NCBI RefSeq assembly: GCF_006345805.1
Contig: NC_043005.1
Location: forward strand, 109,616,001 to 109,680,000
Length of the DNA stretch: 64,000 nucleotides
Reading direction: 5' to 3'
Source of the DNA: Octopus sinensis
Taxonomy: Eukaryota
Below, one piece after another: positions 12,901 to 25,908 of the stretch. The position numbers were made by a program, and so were the translations under genes. The notes beneath the pieces were generated by a model. The model saw only the letters and a program-made list of their open reading frames with translations. It did no database searches and was not told the DNA's origin. Each line of letters begins with the position of its first letter. The first letter of the stretch is position 1.

Positions 12901-15900
12901 GTGTTGCAGTGATGAGTGTTGCAGTGATGAGTGTTGCAGTGATGATGTTTTTTTTGCAGTGATGAGGGTTGCAGTGATGAGTGTTGCAGTGATGAGGGTT
13001 GCAGTGATGAGTGTTGCAGTGATGAGGTTGCATGATGAGTGGTTGCAGTGATGAGGTTTGCAGTGATGAGGGTTGCAATGAGGAGTGTTGCAGTGATGAG
13101 TGTTTGCATGATGAGGGTTGCAGTGATGAGGGTTGCAGTGATGAGTGTTGCAGTGATGAGGGTTGCAGTGATGAGGTTGCAATGATGAGTGTTGCAGTGA
13201 TGAGGGTTGCAGTGATGAGTGTTGCAGTGATGAGGGTTGCAGTGATGAGGTTGCAGTGATGAGGGTTGCATGAGGGTGTGTGCAGTGATGAGGGTTGCAA
13301 TGAGGATGTTGCAGTGATGAGGGTTGCAGTGATGAGGGTTGCAGTGATGAGGGTTGCAGTGATGAGGGTTGCAGGGATGAGGGTTTGCAGTGATGAGGTT
13401 GCAGTGATGAGGTTGCAGTGATGAGGGTTGCAGGGGGTTGCAGTGATGAGGGTCAGTGATGAGGGTTGCAGTGATGAGGGTTGCAGGATGAGGGTTGCAG
13501 TGATGAGGTTGCAATGAGGAGTGTTGCAGTGATGAGGTTGCATGAGGAGTGTTGCAGTGATGAGGGTTGCAGTGATGAGGGTTGCAGTGATGAGGGTTGC
13601 AGTGATGAGGGTTGCAGTGATGGTTTGCAGTGATGAGTGTTTGCAGTGATGAGTGTTGCAGTGATGAGGGTTGCAATGAGGAGTGTTGCAGTGATGAGGG
13701 TTGCAGTGATGAGGGTTGCAGTGATGAGGGTTGCAGTGATGAGGTTGCAGTGATGAGGTTGCAGTGATGAGGGTTGCAGTGATGAGTGTTGCAGTGATGA
13801 GTGTTGCAGTGATGAGGGTTGCAGTGATGAGTGTTGCAGTGATGAGGGTTGCAGTGATGAGTGTTGCAGTGATGAGGGTTGCAGTGATGAGGGTTGCAAT
13901 GAGGAGTGTTGCAGTGATGAGGGTTGCAGTGAGGAGTGTTGCAGTGATGAGGTTGCAGTGATGAGTGTTGCAGTGATGAGGTGTTGCAGTGATGAGGGTT
14001 GCAGTGATGAGGGTTGCAATGAGGAGTGTTGCAGTGATGAGGGTTGCAGTGAGGAGTGTTGCAGTGATGAGGGTTGCAGTGATGAGTGTTGCAGTGATGA
14101 GGGTTGCAGTGATGAGGGTTGCAGTGATGAGGGTTGCAGTGATGAGTGTTGCAGTGATGAGGGTTGCAGTGATGAGTGTTGCAGTGATGAGGGTTGCAGT
14201 GATGAGTGTTGCAGTGATGAGGGTTGCAGTGATGAGTGTTGCAGTGATGAGGGTTGCAATGAGGAGTGTTGCAGTGATGAGGGTTGCAATGAGGAGTGTT
14301 GCAGTGATGAGGGTTGCAGTGATGAGGGTTGCAGTGATGAGGGTTGCAGTGATGAGGGTTGCAGTGATGAGGGTTGCAATGATGAGTGTTGCAGTGATGA
14401 GGGTTGCAGTGATGAGGGTTGCAGTGATGAGTGTTGCAGTGATGAGTGTTGCAGTGATGAGGTTGCAGTGATGAGGGTTGCAGTGATGAGGGTTGCAGTG
14501 ATGAGGGTTGCATGATGAGTGTTGCAGTGATGAGGGTTGCAGTGATGAGGTTGCAGTGATGAGTGGGTGCAGTGATGAGTGTTGCAGTGATGAGGGTTGC
14601 AATGATGAGTGTTGCAGTGATGAGGGTGCAGTGATGAGGTTGCAATGAGGAGTGTTGCAGTGATGAGGGTTGCAATGATGAGTGTTGCAGTGATGAGTGT
14701 TTGCAGTGATGAGGGTTGCAGTGATGATGTTGCAGTGATGAGGGTTGCAATGAGGAGTGTTGCAGTGATGAGTGTTGCAGTGATGAGGGTTGCAGTGATG
14801 AGTGTTGCAGTGATGAGGTTGCAGTGATGAGGTTGCAGTGATGAGTTTGCAGTGATGAGTGTTGCAGTGATGAGGGTTGCAGTGATGAGGGTTGCAGTGA
14901 TGAGTGTTGCAGTGATGAGTGTTGCAGTGATGAGGGTTGCAGTGATGAGGTTGCAGTGATGAGGGTTGCAGTGATGAGTGTTGCAGTGATGAGGGTTGCA
15001 GTGATGAGTGTTGCAGTGATGAGTGTTGCAGTGATGAGGGTTGCAGTGATGAGGGTTGCAGTGATGAGGGTTGCAGTGATGAGGGTTGCAGTGATGAGTG
15101 TTGCAGTGATGAGGGTTGCAGTGATGAGTGTTGCAGTGATGAGTGTTGCAGTGATGAGTGTTGCAGTGATGAGGGTTGCAGTGATGAGGGTTGCAGTGAT
15201 GAGGGTTGCAGTGATGAGGGTTGCAGTGATGAGGGTTGCAGTGATGAGGGTTGCAGTGATGAGTGTTGCAGTGATGAGGGTTGCAATGATGAGTGTTGCA
15301 GTGATGAGTGTTGCAGTGATGAGGGTTGCAATGATGAGTGTTGCAGTGATGAGGGTTGCAGTGATGAGTGTTGCAGTGATGAGGGTTGCAGTGATGAGTG
15401 TTGCAGTGATGAGGGTTGCAGTGATGAGGGTTGCAGTGATGAGGGTTGCAATGAGGAGTGTTGCAGTGATGAGTGTTGCAGTGATGAGGGTTGCAGTGAT
15501 GAGGGTTGCAGTGATGAGGGTTGCAGTGATGAGTGTTGCAGTGATGAGGGTTGCAGTGATGAGTGTTGCAGTGATGAGGGTTGCAGTGATGAGTGTTGCA
15601 GTGATGAGGGTTGCAATGAGGAGTGTTGCAGTGATGAGTGTTGCAGTGATGAGGGTTGCAGTGATGAGGGTTGCAGTGATGAGGGTTGCAGTGAGGAGTG
15701 TTGCAGTGATGAGTGTTGCAGTGATGAGGGTTGCAGTGATGAGTGTTGCAGTGATGAGGGTTGCAGTGATGAGGGTTGCAGTGATGAGGGTTGCAATGAG
15801 GAGTGTTGCAGTGATGAGGTTGCAGTGATGAGTGTTGCAGTGATGAGGGTTGCAGTGATGAGGTTGCAGTGATGATGGTTGCAGTGATGAGTGTTGCAGT

Positions 15901-18900
15901 GATGAGGGTTGCAGTGATGAGTGGTTGCAGTGATGAGGGTTGCAGTGATGAGGGTTGCAGTGATGAGGGTTGCAATGAGGAGTGTTGCAGTGATGAGGGT
16001 TGCAGTGATGAGTGTTGCAGTGATGAGTGTTGCAGTGATGAGGGTTGCAGTGATGAGGGTTGCAGTGATGAGGGTTGCAGTGATGAGTGTTGCAGTGATG
16101 AGGGTTGCAGTGATGAGGGTTGCAGTGATGAGTGTTGCAGTGATGAGGGTTGCAGTGATGAGGTTGCAGTGATGAGTGTTGCAGTGATGAGTGTTGCAGT
16201 GATGAGGGTTGCAGTGATGAGTGTTGCAGTGATGAGGGTTGCAGTGATGAGGGTTGCAGTGATGAGTGTTGCAGTGATGAGGGTTGCAGTGATGAGGGTT
16301 GCAGTGATGAGTGTTGCAGTGATGAGGGTTGCAGTGATGAGTGTTGCAGTGATGAGGGTTGCAGTGATGAGGGTTGCAGTGATGAGTGTTGCAGTGATGA
16401 GGGTTGCAGTGATGAGGGTTGCAGTGATGAGTGTTGCAGTGATGAGGGTTGCAGTGATGAGTGTTGCAGTGATGAGGGTTGCAGTGATGAGGGTTGCAGT
16501 GATGAGTGTTGCAGTGATGAGTGTTGCAGTGATGAGGGTTGCAGTGATGAGGGTTGCAGTGATGAGTGTTGCAGTGATGAGTGTTGCAGTGATGAGGGTT
16601 GCAGTGATGAGTGTTGCAGTGATGAGTGTTGCAGTGATGAGTGTTGCAGTGATGAGGTTGCAGTGATGAGGGTTACAATGAGGAGTGTTGCAGTGATGAG
16701 TGTTGCAGTGATGAGGGTTGCAGTGATGAGTGTTGCAGTTGATGGGTTTGCAGTGATGAGGGTTGCAGTGATGAGGGTTGCAGTGATGAGTGTTGCAGTG
16801 ATGAGTGTTGCAGTGATGAGGGTTGCAGTGAGGAGTGTTGCAGTGATGAGTGTTGCAGTGATGAGTGTTGCAGTGATGAGGGTTGCAGTGATGAGTGTTG
16901 CAGTGATGAGTGTTGCAGTGATGAGGGTTGCAATGAGGAGTGTTGCAGTGATGAGGGTTGCAGTGATGAGGGTTGCAGTGATGAGTGTTGCAGTGATGAG
17001 GGTTGCAGTGATGAGGGTTGCAGTGATGAGTGTTGCAGTGATGAGTGTTGCAGTGATGAGTGTTGCAGTGATGAGGGTTGCAGTGATGAGTGTTGCAGAT
17101 GAGTGGTTGCAGTGATGAGTGTTTTCAGTGATGAGGGTTGCAGTGATGAGTGTTGCAGTGATGAGTGTTTGCAGTGATGAGTGTTGCAGTGATGAGGGTT
17201 GCAGTGATGAGGGTTGCAATGAGGAGTGTTGCAGTGATGAGTGTTGCAGTGATGAGGGTTGCAGTGATGAGGGTTGCAGTGATGAGTGTTGCAGTGATGA
17301 GTGTTGCAGTGAGGAGGGTTGCAGTGATGAGTGTTGCAGTGATGAGTGTTGCAGTGATGAGGGTTGCAGTGATGAGGGTTGCAGTGATGAGTGTTGCAGT
17401 GATGAGTGTTGCAGTGATGAGTGTTGCAGTGATGAGGGTTGCAGTGATGAGGGTTGCAGTGATGAGTGTTGCAGTGATGAGGTGTTGCAGTGATGAGTGT
17501 TGCAGTGATGAGGGTTGCAGTGATGAGGGTTGCAATGAGGAGTGTTGCAGTGATGAGTGTTGCAGTGATGAGGGTTGCAGTGATGAGTGTTGCAGTGATG
17601 AGTGTTGCAGTGATGAGTGTTGCAGTGATGAGTTTTGCAGTGATGAGTGTTGCAGTGATGAGGGTTGCAGTGATGAGGGTTGCAGTGATGAGTGTTGCAG
17701 TGATGAGGTTTTGCAGTGATGAGGGTTGCAGTGATGAGTGTTGCAGTGATGAGTGTTTGCAGTGATGAGTGTTGCAGTGATGAGGGTTGCAGTGATGAGG
17801 GTTGCAGTGAGAGTGTTGCAGTGATGAGTGTTGCAGTGATGAGGGTTCAGTGAGTGATGAGTTTTGCAGTGATGAGTGTTGCAGTGATGAGGGTTGCAGT
17901 GATGAGGGTTGCAGTGATGAGTGTTGCAGTGATGAGTGTTGCAGTGATGAGTGTTGCAGTGATGAGGGTTGCAGTGATGAGGGTTGCAGTGATGAGTGTT
18001 GCAGTGATGAGGGTTGCAGTGATGAGTGTTGCAGTGATGAGTGTTGCAGTGATGAGGGTTGCAGTGATGAGGGTTGCAGTGATGAGGGTTGCAGTGATGA
18101 GTGTTGCAGTGATGAGGGTTGCAGTGATGAGGTTGCAGTGATGAGGGTTGCAGTGATGAGGGTTGCAGTGATGAGTGTTGCAGTGATGAGTGTTGCAGTG
18201 ATGAGGGTTGCAGTGATGAGGGTTGCAATGATGAGTGTTGCAGTGATGAGTGTTGCAGTGATGAGTGTTGCAGTGATGAGGTTGCAGTGATGAGTGTTGC
18301 AGTGATGAGTGTTGCAGTGATGAGGGTTGCAATGAGGAGTGTTGCAGTGATGAGTGTTGCAGTGATGAGTGTTGCAGTGATGAGGGTTGCAGTGATGAGT
18401 GTTGCAGTGATGAGTGTTGCAGTGATGAGGGTTGCAGTGATGAGGGTTGCAGTGATGAGTGTTGCAGTGATGAGTGTTGCAGTGATGAGGGTTGCAATGA
18501 GGAGTGTTGCAGTGATGAGTGTTGCAGTGATGAGTGTTGCAGTGATGAGGGTTGCAGTGATGAGTGTTGCAGTGATGAGGTTGCAGTGATGAGGGTTGCA
18601 ATGATGGAGGTTGCAGTGATGAGTGTTGCAGATGAGGGGTTGCAGTGATGAGTGTTGCAGTGATGAGTGTTGCAGTGATGAGGGTTGCAGTGATGAGTGT
18701 TGCAGTGATGAGGGTTGCAGTGATGAGTGTTGCAGTGATGAGTGTTGCAGTGATGAGTGTTGCAGTGATGAGTGTTGCAGTGATGAGGGTTGCAGTGATG
18801 AGTGTTGCAGTGATGAGTGTTGCAGTGATGAGTGTTGCAGTGATGAGTGTTGCAGTGATGAGGGTTGCAATGAGGAGTGTTGCAGTGATGAGTGTTGCAG

Positions 18901-21171
18901 TGATGAGGGTTGCAGTGATGAGTGTTGCAGTGATGAGTGTTGCAGTGATGAGTGTTGCAGTGATGAGGGTTGCAGTGATGAGTGTTGGCAGTGATGAGGT
19001 TGCAGTGATGAGGGTTGCAATGAGGAGTGTTGCAGTGATGAGTGTTGCAGTGATGAGGTTGCAGTGATGAGGTTGCAATGAGGATGGGTTGCAGTGATGA
19101 GTGTTGCAGTGATGAGGGTTGCAGTGATGAGTGTTGCAGTGATGAGGGTTGCAGTGATGAGGGTTGCAATGAGGAGTGTTGCAGTGATGAGTTTTGCAGT
19201 GATGAGGGTTGCAGTGATGAGGGTTGCATGAGAGTTTTGCAGTGATGAGTGTTGCAGTGATGAGGGTTGCAGTGATGAGTGTTGCAGTGATGAGGGTTGC
19301 AGTGATGAGGTTGCAAGTGAGGAGTGTTGCAGTGATGAGTGTTGCAGTGATGAGGGTTGCAGTGATGAGTGTTGCAGTGATGAGGTTGCAGTGATGAGTG
19401 TTGCAGTGATGAGGGTTGCAGTGATGAGGGTTGCAATGAGGAGTGTTGCAGTGATGAGTGTTGCAGTGATGAGGGTTGCAGTGATGAGTGTTGCAGCGAT
19501 GAGTGTTGCAGTGATGAGTGTTGCAGTGATGAGGGTTGCAGTGATGAGTGTTGCAGTGATGAGGGTTGCAGTGATGAGGGTTGCAGTGATGAGGGTTACA
19601 ATGAGGAGTGTTGCAGTGATGAGTGTTGCAGTGATGAGTGTTGCAGTGATGAGGGTTGCAATGAGGAGTGTTGCAGTGATGAGTGTTGCAGTGATGAGGG
19701 TTGCAGTGATGAGTGTTGCAGTGATGAGGGTTGCAGTGATGAGTGTTGCAGTGATGAGGTTGCAGTGATGAGGGTTGCAATGAGGAGTGTTGCAGTGATG
19801 AGTGTTGCAGTGATGAGTGTTGCAGTGATGAGTGTTGCAGTGATGAGGTTGCAGTGATGAGGGTTGCAGTGATGAGGGTTGCAGTGATGAGGGTTGCAGT
19901 GATGAGGGTTGCAGTGATGAGTGTTGCAGTGATGAGGGTTGCAGTGATGAGGTTGCAGTGATGAGTGTTGCAGTGATGAGTGTTGCAGTGATGAGTGTTG
20001 CAGTGATGAGTGTTGCAGTGATGAGGGTTGCAGTGATGAGTGTTGCAGTGATGAGGGTTGCAGTGATGAGGGTTGCAGTGATGAGTGTTGCAGTGATGAG
20101 GGTTGCAGTGATGAGGGTTGCAGTGATGAGGGTTGCAGTGATGAGTGTTGCAGTGATGAGTGTTGCAGTGATGAGTGTTGCAGTGATGAGTGTTGCAGTG
20201 ATGAGGGTTGCAGTGATGAGGGTTGCAGTGATGAGTGGTTGCAGTGATGAGTGTTGCAGTGATGAGGGTTGCAGTGATGAGTGTTGCAGTGATGAGTGTT
20301 GCAGTGATGAGTGTTGCAGTGATGAGTGTTGCAGTGATGAGTGTTGCAGTGATGAGGGTTGCAGTGATGAGGTTGCAGTGATGAGGGTTGCAGTGATGAG
20401 GGTTGCAGTGATGAGGGTTACAATGAGGAGTGTTGCAGTGATGAGTGTTGCAGTGATGAGTGTTGCAGTGATGAGTGTTGCAGTGATGAGGGTTGCAGCG
20501 ATGAGGGTTACAATGAGGAGTGTTGCAGTGATGAGTGTTGCAGCGATGAGGGTTGCAGTGATGAGTGTTGCAGTGATGAGGGTTGCAGTGATGAGTGTTG
20601 CAGTGATGAGGGTTGCAGCGATGAGGGTTACAATGAGGAGTGTTGCAGTGATGTGTGTTGGAGCGATGAGGGTTACAATGAGGAGTGTTGCAGTGATGAG
20701 TGTTGCAGTGATGAGGGTTGCAGCGATGAGGGTTGCAGTGATGAGGGTTGCAGCGATGAGGGTTACAATGAGGAGTGTTGCAGTGATGAGTGTTGCAGCG
20801 ATGAGGGTTACAATGAGGAGTGTTGCAGTGATGAGTGTTGCAGTGATGAGGGTTGCAGCGATGAGTGTTGCAGTGATGAGGGTTGCAGCGATGAGTGTTG
20901 CAGCAATGAGGGTTGCAGCAATGAAGGTTGCAGTGATGAGGTTTGCAGCAATGAGGGTTACAATGAGGAGTGTTGCAGTGATGAGGGTTGCAGTGATGAG
21001 GGTTGTAGCAATGAGAGTTGAAGTGATGAGGTTTGCAGTGATGAGAGTTACAATGAAGAGTGTTAAAGTAATGAGAGTTATAGTGATGAGGGTTGCAGAG
21101 ATGAGAGTTGCAGTTGATTTGAATGAAAGGAAATTAAATTGGAAGTTACTGAGCACTCCACAGGCAAGCAT
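9907..21171 (-). CDS. Speculative giant Thr-rich (TLITA)n repeat protein; interrupted by many 1-bp indels in this assembly
   Basis: ATG at 21171 (aactATG) opens directly into the TLITA phase, and the TLITA phase exits at ...LTTAIDRWPSF* (9907). The main polymorphic site is Thr ACC/ACA/ACT. There is no homology or expression evidence. Confidence 0.2.
9931..21115. repeat. 15-bp minisatellite array, consensus GCAGTGATGAG[G/T]GTT, ~745 units
   Basis: Directly visible tandem repeat. Variant units are GCAGCGATGAG.., GCAATGAGGAGTGTT, GCAATGATGAG.. and ACAATGAGGAGTGTT. The right edge is degenerate (20940-21115). Confidence 0.98.
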
Positions 21172-21239
21172 AGTTCTCAGGGAGATTCAGTGTGACTCAG
21201 AATGTGACAAGGATAGCCCCATTTGAAATACAGCTACTA

Positions 21240-21680
21240 CTTATTTTTACCAAGTAAGTAAGCTGGAGCAACATGAAATAAAATGCCTTACTTTAGGGCA
21301 CATAACACCATTGGGAATTGAACTCACAACTTCATGGATGATGTGTCAAATACCCTAACCACTAAGCCATGCACCTTCATATCATCACCCATAGTTACAC
21401 ACTTATACATAGATCACATGATCATGTGACCAACCAGGCTATCAGATATTGTTACACATCACTGGCCACAATGTGCTTTTGCATTATTTTAGCCTTCAAG
21501 TGACACCACTCTGCTGGTTAAGTGAGCAAGCCAACATTCTCCTGTGATTGAAAGGGGGACTTGAACTATGTGAAATGAAGTGTTTTGCTCAAGAACACAA
21601 CGTGCTGCCCAGTCAGGGAATCGAACCCACAATTTGGTGATCATGAGTGCAACAGACTAACCACTAGGCCACATGCCTTC
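21240..21680 (-). mobile_element. Cluster of old SINE fragments (two tRNA-like heads plus a family D-type 3' tail piece at ~21410-21535)
   Basis: gggaattgaactcacaac/cagggaatcgaacccac (reverse B-box) and accactaagccatgc/accactaggccac (reverse A-box). The middle piece matches the tails of 50371-50680 and 60380-60692. Confidence 0.65.
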
Positions 21681-23120
21681 ACATGTATATATACACATTT
21701 ATGCACATCTATGTACACACAAACACATAAGTGCCTGCTCACAATTTTTGAATGTGTGTGCATATATCACAGTGTCACAGTATCAACCAGACCACCAGAT
21801 GCTATTGTACACTGCTGGTCACAATGCACTTCCAATTCTGTCTTGAATTTTCTATTCTCTTCCATCTTGGCCCAAATTACCCGACTAAATCATCTTCCCA
21901 TCATCGTAAAAGCTTTCCAAGTGCCCCTTTGCACTCACTTGGATATCTCTCAGCACCTTGCATGGGTCTATTTGTTGTCTGTAAACCTTGCGACATGTCT
22001 AGCTTAATACAACTTGTGCTTTCAGTATTCTGTGAGTACATAGTTCACACCAATCCATTTTTGAATTATCTCATTTCAAATATGATTCCATAATAACAAT
22101 CTAAGCACATGCGTGAGTGGGGTGGGGCAAAGGAGAAAGGAAGAAAGAAGAAAGGAAGAAAAAAATAGAGAAAAAAAGGGAAGATGAAATAAGAAGTAAG
22201 TAGAAAAATTGATAGAAATAAATAAAAGAAAAGAAAAAGAAGACAGAAGCAAGATGGAAAAGAGAAAAGAGGAGAAATATAAAGAGAAAGGGAATAAATA
22301 AATAAATAAAAAAGTACAGGATGGAAAGTGAAGAATGTAATACGACACTAGTGTCGAACAGTGAAAATTAACTGGAAAGATAGAATCATGATTGCAACCA
22401 AAATGAAATAGTCTGGACTAATAATGAAGGATGCATTTTCTCTCATTTATGCAAGCAGTGAATATCTCAGGTTTTGGATTTTGGTTTTGTCTGCGTATAA
22501 GTGAAATGTTTTGTACATTTTCAATAATCTCCATCTAATATCATAATCTACTTTATTTCTGTTTCAAAAGACATACTTGGTCTGTGTCAAGATGTTCCAT
22601 ATTGTATCTCCTGAATGAGGGAGTGTAATGAGCAGTCATTTCTCCACTATCTTAAATGTAGCCCATCAAATAGTGTGCATTATTTAGATCTTTCTTTTAT
22701 CCTTTTGTTCCTTCGTTATCCCTGTTTAATGTTCTCTAGCTTTTACTCATATATCCCAAGTTACAATAATTATCAAAACAGGAGTCATAAAACATCAGGG
22801 CTGAACACTGAATTATTACACTTCTACTAAAAATAAATTTTTCACAACTCTGAAAAGAATTTTTCTTTCAGACATGCACAGCAGGACTACCTGTAATTTC
22901 CTCCACACCTCCACATTTATAAGGTGTCCCGGATCTCTTCAAACACAATGAATAACCACAAGTCATTACTTGTGAAAAATTGACAATATTTAATATTAAC
23001 TTTGTATGATCATTACACACACACAGACACACACACATACTTATGTATGCATGTATATGCATACATACATTCACAGACATACATGCAAACAGACATACAT
23101 AAATAGCCACATCTATATAT

Positions 23121-23524
23121 AGGAGTGGCTGTGTGGTAAGTAGCTTGCTTACCAACCACATGGTTCTGGGTTCAGTCCCACTGCGTGGCATCTTAGCAAG
23201 TGTCTTCTGCTATAGCCTCGTGCCGACTAAGGCCTTGTGAGTGGATTTGGTAGAAGGAAACTGAAAGAAGCCCGTCGTATATATGTATATATATATATGT
23301 GTGTGTATGTTTGTGTGTCTGTGTTTGTCCCCCTAGCATTGCTTGACAACCGATGCTGGTGTGTTTACGTCGCCGTCACTTAGCCGTTTCGGCAAAAGAG
23401 ACCGATAGAATAAGTACTGGGCTTACAAAGAATAAGTCCTGGGATCGATTTGCTCGACTAAAGGCGGTGCTCCAGTATGGCCACAGTCAAATGACTGAAA
23501 CAAGTAAAAGAGTAAAGAGAGAGT
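23121..23524 (+). mobile_element. Full-length SINE family A
   Basis: aggagtggctgtgtggtaagtagcttgcttaccaaccacatgg...gaaacaagtaaaagagtaaagag. Confidence 0.9.
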
Positions 23525-23827
23525 ATATGAGATAGAAATATACATATATAAAAATGTATATGTATTGTATATATATATTGTATAAATATGTATGTGCATT
23601 ATGCATATGTGTATGAGTGCATATATATATATATATATATATATCAATGGTTCTGTATGTGTATAGTCAAATATTTCAATTCTTCTGTTAGGAAACTTAA
23701 ATGTTCAAGAATGTATTTATTTTCCAATCTTTTACTCCGGTTCCATTTCATTGATTTAGACATTTTTTTCCTGAAATTTTCAGTATTTTTGCTCCTGTTA
23801 TTATTGACATATTTTCTTGTTTGTGTA

Positions 23828-23865
<38 letters not shown>

Positions 23866-23917
23866 TACATGTGTATATATTTATATATATATATATGTAT
23901 ATTTATATGTATGTATG

Positions 23918-23963
<46 letters not shown>

Positions 23964-24079
23964 TACACACACATATATATACTTATATAAATATACATAT
24001 CCATAAATACACATATTCACGTAAAGAAATATACACATTTATATACATAGATATTATAGATGCGTATGTGCATTTATAT

Positions 24080-24121
<42 letters not shown>

Positions 24122-24128
24122 CATACAT

Positions 24129-24161
<33 letters not shown>

Positions 24162-24176
24162 CATATATATATACAT

Positions 24177-24209
<33 letters not shown>

Positions 24210-24243
24210 TATATATATACATATATACATACATACATATGTA

Positions 24244-24274
<31 letters not shown>

Positions 24275-24649
24275 ATTTACATATATATGCATAAACCTCC
24301 ACACAGACACACACATGCATATAAACGTGTGTATATGTGTATATAAGTATATATATATATATCATGCTTTATCTCTGTCTTTCTGGTGATATCTTTGATG
24401 TTCGATATTTCGGTGGTGACAACAAAGAAGCGAAGACGGAGGAAGGTAATTTTAGTTTATTTTCTACTTTAGCTCATGTATTTATTTTTAATTCCGTTAA
24501 ATTATCTTTTGACCAACTTGGCACAGAATTCCGTTTAATTTACGACACTTTGGCACAACACGTACTCCCTCTCCCTCTCCCTCTCCCTCTCCCCACCAAC
24601 TTTCTATCTCTCACTAAATCAACACAAACTAAACATGAAGTAAGTAAGT

Positions 24650-24675
24650 AGATGATGATGGTGATGTTGATAGTG

Positions 24676-24712
<37 letters not shown>

Positions 24713-24836
24713 CAGCAGCAGTAGTAGTAGTTGTTGTTGTAGTAGCAGCAGCAGTAGTAGTAGTAGTAGTTGTTGTAGTGGTAGTAGTAGAAGCAGCAGC
24801 AGTAGTAGTGGTAGTAGCAGTAGCAGCAGCAGTATA
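24650..24836. repeat. Compound trinucleotide repeat (GAT)/(GTA)/(GCA)/(GTT)
   Basis: Directly visible; source of the poly-Val and poly-Thr ORFs. Confidence 0.9.
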
Positions 24837-25077
24837 GGCTGTAGGAGTCACAAGAATAAATATAATAATTCTGATCTTTATGATAACAATGTTGTCATAT
24901 TTTAACCACGAGCCGACTCTAATAGGGCAGAACTATGATCAAAGGTATTCCAGCCATGACCATCCTATTTACTTAGAAATTACCTAAAACAACATCACAC
25001 TATATATCGGTTTTTTTTTCTTTTAAGGGAATAGGATATGATTTGAGGTGAGATTTAAATGCTCTTTGCATTACCCT

Positions 25078-25103
25078 GAAGATGATGATGAAGATGATGA
25101 TGG

Positions 25104-25145
<42 letters not shown>

Positions 25146-25232
25146 CAATGATAATGATGACAATAATTATGATGGTGAGGTTGATGATGATGCTGATGAT
25201 GATGATGATGATGATAACGACGATGACGAGGA
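25078..25232. repeat. (GAT)n microsatellite
   Basis: Directly visible; source of the poly-Asp/Met/His ORFs. Confidence 0.92.
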
Positions 25233-25702
25233 CAACGAGGTTGGAGCAGGGAAATGATTTTGAAATGAGAAGAATGATGGAAAATTTTTGAATGTGAGAT
25301 TGAAAATGAGCGAAAGACTGTATGTGAAAGAGAGAGAGAGATTAATAGAGTGTCTGTAGGTTGTGTTTGTGAAGAGAAAATTAGAAAGAGGAAGAAAGAA
25401 AGAAACAGATAGAGAGTTGGCAAATGAAGAAGAACAAAGAAAAAGGGTAAAAAGAAAAGGAGAGAGAGAGAGAGAGAGAGAGAGTTAGAGAAAGAAAATG
25501 GGAGGGAGGAAAAATTAAACAATTTCTTCTCTGTGAAAGACATTGTAAGTTGCCAAAATAAATTATACTTTCTGTATTGTTGACTTTCATCACCATTCTT
25601 CTTCTTCTTCTTCTTCTTCTTCTTCTTCTTCTTCTCCTCCTTCTCCTCCTCCTCCTCCTCCTCATCATCATCATTGTTATTGCGTATTATTAATATTATT
25701 AT

Positions 25703-25868
25703 AGGCGTAGGAGTGGCTGTGTGGTAAGTAGCTTGCTTACGAACCACATGGTTCCGGGTTCAGTCCCACTGCGTGGCACCTTGGGCAAGTGTCTTCTACT
25801 ATAGCTTCGGGCCGACCAAAGCATTGTGAGTGAATTTGATAGACGGAAACTGAAAGAAGCCTGTTGTA

Positions 25869-25908
<40 letters not shown>

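Noticed and set aside
9931-21115. Box C motif (GTGATGA = RUGAUGA) in nearly every array unit, suggesting a snoRNA cluster
   Set aside because: There is no box D (CTGA) in the unit, no terminal stems and no guide sequences; a 15-nt period is far too short.
21245-21260. CAA|GTAAGT donor just right of the array, which could splice a plus-strand array exon
   Set aside because: It is part of a reverse-oriented SINE fragment, and both plus frames terminate before it (21226 or earlier).
24365-24446. Possible plus-strand non-coding first exon ending GGAAG|GTAATT
   Set aside because: Only a donor-like motif and a few CpGs; no further support from sequence alone.
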